Source: Chloroflexota bacterium (GTDB lineage: Bacteria > Chloroflexota > Limnocylindria > Limnocylindrales > CSP1-4). Taken from it: 64,000 nucleotides of DNA. The translations under genes were made by a program, and so were the position numbers. The notes under the pieces were generated by a model that was given only the letters and a program-made list of their open reading frames with translations, was not told the DNA's origin and did not search any database. The DNA is taken from positions 25,116-89,115 of the forward strand of contig PLOC01000035.1 in the NCBI GenBank assembly GCA_003141955.1, written 5' to 3'. Shown in pieces: positions 1 to 10,405 of the stretch (position 1 is the stretch's first letter; every line of letters starts with the position of its first letter).

Positions 1-686
1 GGCAGGCGGACCGGGACCGCGCCCAGCGCTTCCGCGAGGTCTGCGAGCAGCCCCATCAAACGATCGTCGCCCTCCAGGGCGATCGTCGCGCCCTTGATCG
101 CCTCGACGGACCGCTCCACATCCGAGGTGAACGAGACGAGCGGATGGAAGGCGCCGATCTGGCTCCCGGCGGCAAGGGCGGGCTGGAGGACTTCGGCGCC
201 GAGCAGGCCGCTTGTGTGGACCAGGGCCTGGCCGCTGTAGAGACGCATCGACTCGACGACCGACGGGATGGCGTCGTCGGGCACGGCAAGGATTACCAGC
301 TCCACTTCGTCCAGGATGGCCGCCGGTTCCACGAAGGCGCGGACACCGGGGACCAGGCCTCGGAACCGCTCGCGCCGGCCGGCGTCGCGGCTGGCGACTG
401 CGACCACCGGCCAGCCGGCGCGAGCGATCGCCACGCCCAGCGCCGTGCCCACCGCCCCGGCCCCGACGATGCCGATGCTGGGCGCCCCCTGCCCGCCGTG
501 CTTGTGAGGGTGCGGCTCGGTGTGGGCGTGGATCTGGTCGCCGTGGCGGTGGCGGCCGACATCGTGTCCTGGGTGGGGCGAACCGGCTGCGCCCGCGCCG
601 CCGCTCGGCCGCCGGCTGTGCTCGCGGCGATCCCAGTCCGTGTCTCGTCCCACGCCACGGCTTTCACCGTCGCGCCACAGCTTCAC
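1..686 (-). CDS. Rossmann-fold NAD(P)-binding oxidoreductase (DUF2520/ProC-like); 3' end runs off the window; absent from ORF track
   Basis: Own minus-strand translation gives ...APSIGIVGAGAVGTALGVAIARAGWPVVAVASRD...LVILAVPDDAIPSVV...VHTSG...GAFHPLVSF...EGDDRLMGLLADLAEALGAVPVRL (GxGxxG fold). The only in-frame starts upstream of the fold are GTG 686 (SD GGGGAGGAG 6 nt upstream) or GTG 653. Confidence 0.6.
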   Translation of the reverse strand, partial: MKLWRDGESRGVGRDTDWDRREHSRRPSGGAGAAGSPHPGHDVGRHRHGDQIHAHTEPHPHKHGGQGAPSIGIVGAGAVGTALGVAIARAGWPVVAVASRDAGRRERFRGLVPGVRAFVEPAAILDEVELVILAVPDDAIPSVVESMRLYSGQALVHTSGLLGAEVLQPALAAGSQIGAFHPLVSFTSDVERSVEAIKGATIALEGDDRLMGLLADLAEALGAVPVRL

Positions 687-926
687 GCGACACTCCTCCC
701 CTTCCCGCGGACTCGCGCTATCCTTGCGCCCGATCTGCACCCGGCAGCCTGTCGCGGCGATGTCGCGTCGAGACGCGGCGGAGCGGCGACCGCCGGTCCG
801 AGTGTAGCGCGTCCCCGGCGGCCGAGGCGCACCCCCGCCGGGGAAACTCGTTCGGCCCAGTCGGTCCAAGCCTTCGTTGCCACCTGCGCTCCTTGCTCAC
901 GCACCTCAAGTGCGCTCGCTCCGGTG

Positions 927-967
927 CTCGTTCGGCGCCTCGGCCTCGGCCGTCGGCGCCGAACGAG
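927..967 (+). promoter_or_regulatory. Perfect 13-bp stem-loop in the acnA leader, followed by AAGTTGTTTG and then the SD
   Basis: CTCGTTCGGCGCC (927-939) pairs exactly with GGCGCCGAACGAG (955-967), 15-nt loop. It lies 25 nt upstream of the acnA GTG. Confidence 0.4.
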
Positions 968-992
968 AAGTTGTTTGCCAGAAGGAGGCATC

Positions 993-3803
<2,811 letters not shown>

Positions 3804-3839
3804 CGCTCGGCCACCCCGAGGCTGCGCGGCCTGCCCTCC

Positions 3840-4583
3840 CTAGCGGTGTGGGGCGAAGCGACTCCACAGCGCGTGCGTGATGACAGCGCCGATGAACACG
3901 CCCAACACCGAGAAGATGGCGACCAGGCCGGACGCTTCGCCGTTGCCACGGATCAGATCCAGGGCCAGGACGCCCCCGGCGATGGCGCAGCCGAGACTGG
4001 CCAGGGCGCCAACTGCCAGCTCCGCGACAAAGTCGGCACCTGGGCCGGCCATCTGGTCGGCGGCCGCGTCGGGACTCGATCGCCGTGCTGCGGCGGTCCC
4101 TCGCCAGACCACCAAGCTGGATGCCAGACCCCCCAGGGCACAGAGGATCGAGCCCAGGAGCAGGACCTCGAGCCCGGCCGAGAGGCTGACCGAGTAGCCG
4201 GTGGCGCGGTAGGAGTCGGCAAGTTGCTCCGCGCCCAGGCGCGCATCGTAGTCGATCACCAGCCCGGCAAGTCCGAGGATCGCCGGCAACAGCTGGATGA
4301 GCCGCTCCTGGCTGCTGGCAGCCGTCCGGGAGGCCAGGACAGCGACCAGGCCTCCCGCGATCGCCAGGGAGAAAACACCCCACGTGTCGCCGGTGAGCCC
4401 GTTGGCCGACGCGTGGACGGTGCCAACGCTGTAGTCCACCCAGGGCATCAGGACGGCGACGACCACGATTGCCGCGCCGGCTACCGCCAGCAGCCGGGCC
4501 GGATGCCGGAGCGGTGACGGCTCCCCGGGCAGATTCCAGTCTTCGCTGCGCCCGAACGAAGGCAGGACCGGCTTCTCTGCCAC
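3840..4583 (-). CDS. Hypothetical polytopic membrane protein
   Basis: Several hydrophobic helices (LLAVAGAAIVVVAVLMPW, VFSLAIAGGLVAVLA, LLPAILGLAGLVI, VLLLGSILCALGGLA, LVAIFSVLGVFIGAVI). GTG start preceded by AAGGGAG. Confidence 0.6.
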   Translation of the reverse strand: MAEKPVLPSFGRSEDWNLPGEPSPLRHPARLLAVAGAAIVVVAVLMPWVDYSVGTVHASANGLTGDTWGVFSLAIAGGLVAVLASRTAASSQERLIQLLPAILGLAGLVIDYDARLGAEQLADSYRATGYSVSLSAGLEVLLLGSILCALGGLASSLVVWRGTAAARRSSPDAAADQMAGPGADFVAELAVGALASLGCAIAGGVLALDLIRGNGEASGLVAIFSVLGVFIGAVITHALWSRFAPHR

Positions 4584-4642
4584 GGACAGGCTCCCTTTCG
4601 ACGATCGTGGTCCTCAAGTATCCAATCGGCCGCAACCGCGTA

Positions 4643-5605
4643 TCACTTCTTAGTGGCGCGGTCCCAGCGGTGATGGCGAAGCTCGGCCACAAGCTCGGGC
4701 GGGAGCGGGCCGGCGACGGCGGCTGCGGCGTTCGACTCGACGTGGCCACGCTTGCGCATGCCCGGGATGACGACGCTCACGTCGGGGTTCGAGAGAATGA
4801 AGCGCAGAGCCATGCCGGCCAGGGTCATCCCTGCCGGCAGGAGCCGCTTGAGGGCATCGGCGCGGGCCACGGACTGGGCCAGGTTGTCCGGCCCGAAATA
4901 CCTGTTGCGCCAGTCTCCCTCGGGCCACGTGGTCTGGAGCGTCAGGTTGCCGATCAGGCTGCCTTCGTCGAACGGACACCGGGCGATGACCGCGATTCCG
5001 TTCTCGCGGCAGGCCGGGAAGAGCTCATCCTCGGCCGCCTGGTCGAAGACGTTGTAGACCACCTGCACGGCGTCGACGAGGCCGGACCGAACGGCCCCGA
5101 TGCCGTTCCACGGCTCCCGACGGTTGAGGCTCACGCCAAACGCCCTGATGGAGCCTTCGCGCTTGAGCTCCGCCACAGTCTCCTGCAGCTCGCCGGCGGC
5201 CAGCCACTTGTCGTCCCAGACGTGGAGCTGGAGCAGATCGATCCTGTCGACGCCCAGGTTCGAGCGGCTGGCATCGACGCTCTCCCGCACGTGGGCGGGC
5301 GGGAAGACCTCCGCCAGGGGCACACCGGGACGGCTTGGCCACTCGCGGTTCCTGGGAGGGACTTTGGTGGCGGTGAAGATGCCGCCACCGCGGTGGCCGG
5401 CCAGCAGCCTCGACAGGAGCCGCTCGCTGCGGCCGTCGCCATAGGACGCTGCGGTGTCCAGGAAGTCGACTCCCTTCGAAACGGCCAGCTCGAGCGAGGC
5501 CAGCGACTCCTCGTCGTCGGAGCCGGACCACTCGCCCATGCCCCAGGTGCCGTACCCGACCTCGCCGACCTGCCAGCCGGTCCGCCCGAACGTCCGATGG
5601 CGCAT
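4643..5605 (-). CDS. Aldo/keto reductase family oxidoreductase
   Basis: N-terminus MRHRTFGRTGWQVGEVGYGTWGMG..., DTAASYGDGRSE, typical AKR length. ATG preceded by GAGGAGG. Confidence 0.9.
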   Translation of the reverse strand: MRHRTFGRTGWQVGEVGYGTWGMGEWSGSDDEESLASLELAVSKGVDFLDTAASYGDGRSERLLSRLLAGHRGGGIFTATKVPPRNREWPSRPGVPLAEVFPPAHVRESVDASRSNLGVDRIDLLQLHVWDDKWLAAGELQETVAELKREGSIRAFGVSLNRREPWNGIGAVRSGLVDAVQVVYNVFDQAAEDELFPACRENGIAVIARCPFDEGSLIGNLTLQTTWPEGDWRNRYFGPDNLAQSVARADALKRLLPAGMTLAGMALRFILSNPDVSVVIPGMRKRGHVESNAAAAVAGPLPPELVAELRHHRWDRATKK

Positions 5606-5865
5606 CGTCAGACACCTCCTCGCGGGTCGATCCGCGGCATGAGCCAGGTCCCGGCGGGTCCTGCGCAGGGCGAATGGTAGCGCCCGGTCGCGGTGTGGCC
5701 GTCTCCGGCCGGGGATCCGTCACACGCCCGGGAGGGATGGATCGCGCTTCAGTACCCCTTCAGTCGCGAAAGCATCCCGCCGATCCCCCCGATGAAGCTC
5801 CAAGAGCCACGCGCCCTAACCCACCGGGCTCTTCGTTGTGGGCAAGATTGTCCAGGGGAGGAACG

Positions 5866-6066
5866 ATGGCCGGCCAGATCAAGATGATGATCGATCAGAT
5901 CATCGAAGAACGAAGCAAGGGGAACGCGCTGCTCGTGTCCACCACCCAGACCAAGCTCATCCTGAAGGGCTTCGATCCGGTGAAGTACGACGCGAGCTCG
6001 CCCGACGATCCGGCGGTAATCGCCAGGCTGCGCCAGGTCGCGGCCGACCTCAACGTCACCCTCTAG
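5866..6066 (+). CDS. Small hypothetical protein (66 aa) coupled to the FIST gene
   Basis: Internal ATG of ORF 5674..6066 preceded by GGGGAGGAAC. High third-position GC. Stop lies 11 nt before the FIST start. Confidence 0.5.
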   Translation: MAGQIKMMIDQIIEERSKGNALLVSTTQTKLILKGFDPVKYDASSPDDPAVIARLRQVAADLNVTL

Positions 6067-6077
6067 GAGCCTGTTCG

Positions 6078-7178
6078 ATGGGAATCAAGGTTGCACAGGT
6101 CGCGGACGGAACCGTAGACGCCGGCGCGAAGCTCGCCGCTCAGCTCGGCGATCCGGCGGTCGTGGTGTACTTCGCATCGCCGAAGCACGACCCGGAGTCA
6201 CTCACGGCGGAGATCGCGCGATTCTTCCCGACGGCTGCGACGTTCGGCTGCACGACGGCCGGCGAGCTCGTGACCGGCGCCATGACCAAGGGCGCGATCG
6301 TCGCGATGGGCTTCGACAAGGATGTCGTTTCCCGCGCAGTGGTTGCGATCGTCGACGGAATCAAGGATTCCACCGACGGGATCGACCGGACATTCTCGGA
6401 ATGGGATCGCCGGTTGGGCCGGCCGATGCTGGAGCTCGATCCGGAGCGCTGGGTCGGCCTGGTGCTAGTGGACGGGCTCTCGGGCGCCGAAGAGCGGGTC
6501 ATGGAGCGGATCGGCGACCTGACGAACGTCGTCTTCATCGGCGGCTCGGCCGGCGACGACGTCGCTTTCAAGCAGACGTTCGTGGCGGCCGACGGTCGCG
6601 CGGCGTCAAACGCGGCGGTCCTCGCGCTGCTCGAATGCCCGAACGGGTTCGACGTCCTGAAGACCCAGAGCTTCCACGCCACGCGCCAGTTCCTCGTCCC
6701 GAGCAAAGTGGACAAGGCGGCCCGCGAGATCATCGAGTTCAACGGCAAGCCTGCCGCAATCGCCTACGCCGAGGCCCTCGGAGTCAAGCCCGACCAGCTG
6801 GCCGACCAGTTCATGGCCCACCCGCTCGGCTTGATGGTCGGCGGTGAGCCTTTCGTCCGGAGCCCCCAGCAGATCGTCGGCCAATCGGTCCGGTTCTACT
6901 GCGGTGTCGACGAGGGAGTAAAGCTCGCGGTGCTCGACTCGACGGGCATCGTCGAGGACACAGCGTCGGCGCTCAAGCAGGCCCTCGACCGCAATCCTGG
7001 GACGAAGGGCCTGCTGAACTTCAACTGCATCCTGCGAACGCTCGAGCTCGAAGCGAAGGGTCAGACCGACGCGTACGGCAAGGTGTTCGCCGGCATCCCG
7101 ACGGCCGGCTTCTCCACCTACGGCGAGGAGTACATCGGCCACATCAACCAGACGGCCACGATGCTGCTGTTCCGGTAG
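6078..7178 (+). CDS. FIST (N+C) domain sensor protein, stand-alone (NosP/GfdT-like architecture)
   Basis: Internal ATG of ORF 5838..7178 (MGIKVAQ...). The sequence pattern ...VVVYFASPKHD...FGCTTAGEL...VFIGGSAGDD...GFSTYGEEYIGHINQTATMLLF is typical of FIST_N/FIST_C. Confidence 0.8.
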   Translation: MGIKVAQVADGTVDAGAKLAAQLGDPAVVVYFASPKHDPESLTAEIARFFPTAATFGCTTAGELVTGAMTKGAIVAMGFDKDVVSRAVVAIVDGIKDSTDGIDRTFSEWDRRLGRPMLELDPERWVGLVLVDGLSGAEERVMERIGDLTNVVFIGGSAGDDVAFKQTFVAADGRAASNAAVLALLECPNGFDVLKTQSFHATRQFLVPSKVDKAAREIIEFNGKPAAIAYAEALGVKPDQLADQFMAHPLGLMVGGEPFVRSPQQIVGQSVRFYCGVDEGVKLAVLDSTGIVEDTASALKQALDRNPGTKGLLNFNCILRTLELEAKGQTDAYGKVFAGIPTAGFSTYGEEYIGHINQTATMLLFR

Positions 7179-7200
7179 CACGCCCGGGCGTCCATCCAAG

Positions 7201-7231
7201 GGAAGAGGCGGGGCGCGAGCCCCCCTCTTCC
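7201..7231 (+). terminator. GC-rich hairpin with GCGA tetraloop after the FIST gene
   Basis: GGAAGAGG-c-GGGGC GCGA GCCCC CCTCTTCC, followed by AATTCTC. There is no long U tract. Confidence 0.4.
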
Positions 7232-7319
7232 AATTCTCGGGCTGAGGCATACTCCGGCGGAGAGCGCCTGACGTCGCCCGCGCAGCCACAACCGCGCCCG
7301 GAATCTATCGAGGACGGCC

Positions 7320-7619
7320 ATGGCCGAATGGATCTACTTCCTGCATGCCCCGCGCGAGGACTTCGCGGCCACCATGACGGCAGAGGAACGGCGTGTCTGG
7401 GGCCTCCATTTCGAGCGCCTCAAGCGCCTGCTCGCCGAGGGAACGCTGATCATGGCCGGCCCGACGCTGGGCCGGATCAACACCGGGATCGCAGTCATCG
7501 AGGCGCCGGACGAGGCCACGGCCCGCCGCATCATGGACGAAGATCCCGCGATCGCCAGCGGCTTCGCGACTGGCGAGCTGCGCGGATTCCAGGTCTCCCT
7601 GCTGCGCGGCCGCGACTAG
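7320..7619 (+). CDS. YciI family protein
   Basis: 99 aa. YciI-like pattern: YFLHAPREDF...HFERLKRLLAEGTLIMAGPT...AVIEAPDEATARRIMDEDPA. Confidence 0.85.
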   Translation: MAEWIYFLHAPREDFAATMTAEERRVWGLHFERLKRLLAEGTLIMAGPTLGRINTGIAVIEAPDEATARRIMDEDPAIASGFATGELRGFQVSLLRGRD

Positions 7620-7891
7620 CGCTCCTTGCCGGTACGTGCGGGTGCGAATCGCCGCCTCCAGCATGGCTATGGCTCGGGGCATCCAGTCAGACTTGCCCCG
7701 CATGAGAGTTGGAGCGGATGGGCGGCCGACGGTTGGCCCAGGACCGGTCATTGCCCGCTCATCGAGCCCGCGCCCGAGCGTGACTCCTGCGCCCTGGCGC
7801 TCTCCGGCCCCCTCGCCACCCGCTTCAGGGCCGCGACCGGATGGCCAACTCTCACTCCAGGCAAGTTCGACCAGAAGGCAATGCCGGACTC

Positions 7892-7944
7892 GGGCCGACG
7901 CTCGGCCGCATCAATACGGCGTCGCCGTCTTCGAGGCGCGGTAG
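7892..7944 (+). pseudogene. Decayed fragment of a second YciI-like gene
   Basis: GGGCCGACGCTCGGCCGCATCAATACGGCGTCGCCGTCTTCGAGGCGCGGTAG resembles yciI 7458-7508. It encodes GPTLGRIN then, after a 1-nt shift, YGVAVFEAR*, versus GPTLGRINTGIAVIEAP in yciI. Confidence 0.3.
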
Positions 7945-8010
7945 GAAGCCGCCGCCCATCGGATCATGGGCGCGGACTGGCGATGGGACCGTGCGCCCGC
8001 GGGCCACGGC

Positions 8011-8445
8011 CTATCTTCCGAGCAACTCCTCGCTGGTGAGGATGCTCACCCCGGCCGCCTTCAGGGCCACCAGAGCGCGGTCGGGATCCTCGAAGCGGAA
8101 GATGATGGCCGCCTTCTCCGGCGTGGCGCGGGCCGCGAAGTCGTACATGTACTCGACGCCCAACCCGGCCGCCTCGATGGCGCCCAGCACCGAGGCCAGG
8201 CCGCCCGGTCTGTTGTCGACCTGGATCGGCACGACTTCGGTCACGCTGACGATCATCCCCTCCGCCTCGAGCACTTTCCTGGCGCGCTCGGGGTCGGCGA
8301 CGATGAAGCGCAGGATGCCGAACTGGGCCGTGTCGGCCAGCGTCATCGTCAGCAGGTCGATCCCGGCCTTGCCCAGCGCCTCGCACGGCGCGCGGAGCTG
8401 GCCGGGGCGATTCTCCAGGAAGAGCGAGAGCTGTTGGAGCTTCAT
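8011..8445 (-). CDS. ACT domain-containing (amino-acid-binding) protein
   Basis: Two ACT-like repeats (LSLFLENRPGQL..., PIQVDNRPGGLASVLGAI...). This is the usual partner gene downstream of paaK-type ligases. Confidence 0.8.
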   Translation of the reverse strand: MKLQQLSLFLENRPGQLRAPCEALGKAGIDLLTMTLADTAQFGILRFIVADPERARKVLEAEGMIVSVTEVVPIQVDNRPGGLASVLGAIEAAGLGVEYMYDFAARATPEKAAIIFRFEDPDRALVALKAAGVSILTSEELLGR

Positions 8446-8509
8446 TGCAGGCCTCCTTCGGCGGGGCTTCTTGGCGGTGATCTGCCCCCACCGTACGACC
8501 GTGGATTCG

Positions 8510-9859
8510 TCAGACGTTGCGCAGATCCGTGACGCGCCTGGCCTTGCCCTCGGATCGAGCCAGCGAGCGAGGCTGGACCAGCGTCACTTTCACCCGCAGC
8601 CCCAGGATGTTCTCGATGGACGACTCGAGCTGGTGTTGCAGCGCCTCGAGCTTGCGGATCTCGTCGGAGAACACCTCCGGCGTGACTTCGACCTTGACCT
8701 CCATCTGGTCCAGGCCCTTCTCGCGAGTCAGGACGATCTGGTAGTGAGGCAGCGTGCCCTCGACCCGCAGCAGAGCCGTCTCCACCTGGGACGGGAAGAC
8801 GTTCACGCCGCGGATGATCAGCATGTCGTCGGAGCGGCGGCCAATGCGGCGGATGCGGCGCAGGGTGCGACCGCACTCGCAGGGCTCGTCCATGATCGAG
8901 GTCACGTCCCTTGTTCGATACCGGATCATCGGCATCGCCTGCTTGGACAGCGTCGTCAGAACCAGCTCGCCCTCGCCGCCGTCGGGCAGAACCTCGCCCG
9001 TTTCGGGATCGATGATCTCGGGATAGAAGTGGTCCTCGAAGACGTGGAGTCCGTGCTGGTGCGAGCACTCGATGCCCACGCCGGGACCGGTGATTTCCGA
9101 GAGACCGTAGATGTCGTGGGCGCGGATGCCGCTTTCGGCCTGGATGCGATCCCGCATCGCCTCACTCCAGGGCTCGGCCCCGAAGACTCCGACTCGCAGC
9201 CGCGAGAAGTCGATCTTCAGCTCCTGGGCGGATTCCAGGAGATAGAGGAAGTAGCTCGGCGTGCAGCACAGCGCGGTGACGCCGAAGTCCTGCATGACCA
9301 TCAACTGGCGCTCGGTGTTGCCACCGCTGATCGGGATAACGGTGGCGCCCAGCGCTTCGCCGCCGTAATGCATGCCCAGGCCGCCGGTAAACAGCCCGTA
9401 GCCGTAGGCGTTCTGAATGACGTCGCCGCGGTGGATCCCGCAGGCCGCGAAGCTGCGCACCATCACCTCGGTCCAGACGTCCAGGTCGGACTGGGTGTAG
9501 GCGACCACGATCGGCTTTCCGGTCGTGCCCGAGGAAGCGTGGAGGCGGACGACCTCCTCCATCGGGCTGGCGAACAGGCCGAACGGGTACGTGTCGCGCA
9601 GGTCGGCCTTGACCGTGAACGGAAGCTTCGCGATATCGGCGAGCGAACGGATCGAGGCGGGCGAGAGCTTCCGGTCCTCCATCCGCGATCGGAAGAGCGG
9701 CACGCGGTCGTAGGCGCGCGCAACCGTGGACTGGAGCCGCTGAAGCTGGATCGCCAGCAGCTGCGGACGTGGCAGATAGTCGGGCGTGCTAGCCGGGTGG
9801 AACCCACCCGGCGGATCGTTCCAGGCGCTCACCGCGGCCTCCTCTGACGGCGGGGTCAC
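8510..9859 (-). CDS. paaK: Phenylacetate-CoA ligase family (PaaK / coenzyme F390 synthetase-like)
   Basis: Motifs: HASSGTTGKPIVVAYT, YGLSE, IRYRTRDV, GRSDDMLIIRGVNVFPSQVE. The start may be a few codons downstream. Confidence 0.9.
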   Translation of the reverse strand: MTPPSEEAAVSAWNDPPGGFHPASTPDYLPRPQLLAIQLQRLQSTVARAYDRVPLFRSRMEDRKLSPASIRSLADIAKLPFTVKADLRDTYPFGLFASPMEEVVRLHASSGTTGKPIVVAYTQSDLDVWTEVMVRSFAACGIHRGDVIQNAYGYGLFTGGLGMHYGGEALGATVIPISGGNTERQLMVMQDFGVTALCCTPSYFLYLLESAQELKIDFSRLRVGVFGAEPWSEAMRDRIQAESGIRAHDIYGLSEITGPGVGIECSHQHGLHVFEDHFYPEIIDPETGEVLPDGGEGELVLTTLSKQAMPMIRYRTRDVTSIMDEPCECGRTLRRIRRIGRRSDDMLIIRGVNVFPSQVETALLRVEGTLPHYQIVLTREKGLDQMEVKVEVTPEVFSDEIRKLEALQHQLESSIENILGLRVKVTLVQPRSLARSEGKARRVTDLRNV

Positions 9860-9895
9860 TGCCCCGGCGGGTGGCCCAGACGGTCGGGCTCCCGA

Positions 9896-10405
9896 CTAGC
9901 GGATTGTGCCCTGCCGCGCCGCGAGTTTTTGGCCCAGCGCGAAGGCCTGCTCGTTGACACGGTGGAGCCGCGCCGGCAGGGCGGCGCGAACGGCGTCGAG
10001 GAGCGCCTCCGCCGGCAGATCCAGGTACTGGCTGAGAGCCCCGAGAAGCGCGACGTTCAGGCTCCGCTTGTTCGGCAGGGCGCCGTCAGGGACGAGATCC
10101 GGGGCAAGCAGCACGCCGCCGGGACGCAGCAGCGGGCGAGTCACCTCGACCTCCGATGGCTCCAAGACGAGGAGGAAGTCGGCCTCTCCCGGCGGGACCA
10201 TGGGCGAGAGGACCTTTCGTCCGAACCGGACGTCGGAGGTGACCGAGCCGCCGCGCTGGCTCATGCCGTGGACCTCGGCCTTCTTGACGTCGAGGCCGGA
10301 TCGAAGAGCCGCGTCGGCGAGGATGTCGGAGGCCTTGATGACGCCCTGGCCGCCCAGGCCGGCGAGGACGACGTTGGTGACGCCGGAAGCTTCGGGCGCG
10401 CTCAT
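9896..10405 (-). CDS. iorB: Indolepyruvate:ferredoxin oxidoreductase subunit beta
   Basis: Internal ATG of ORF 9896..11035 (MSAPEASGVTNVVLAGLGGQGVIKASDIL...HGMSQRGGSV). ATGA overlap with the iorA stop. Confidence 0.85.
   Translation of the reverse strand: MSAPEASGVTNVVLAGLGGQGVIKASDILADAALRSGLDVKKAEVHGMSQRGGSVTSDVRFGRKVLSPMVPPGEADFLLVLEPSEVEVTRPLLRPGGVLLAPDLVPDGALPNKRSLNVALLGALSQYLDLPAEALLDAVRAALPARLHRVNEQAFALGQKLAARQGTIR

Noticed and set aside
927-967. Iron-responsive-element-like hairpin in the acnA leader
   Set aside because: The stem is perfect with no bulged C, and the loop is a 15-nt UCGGCCUCGGCCGUC rather than CAGUGN. I kept it as a generic leader hairpin.
144-992. 5' part of the 1219-aa track ORF preceding acnA
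   Set aside because: It has no aconitase similarity. It is antisense to the Rossmann-fold gene (1-686) and then crosses intergenic DNA. An SD plus in-frame GTG at 993 gives a normal-length AcnA.
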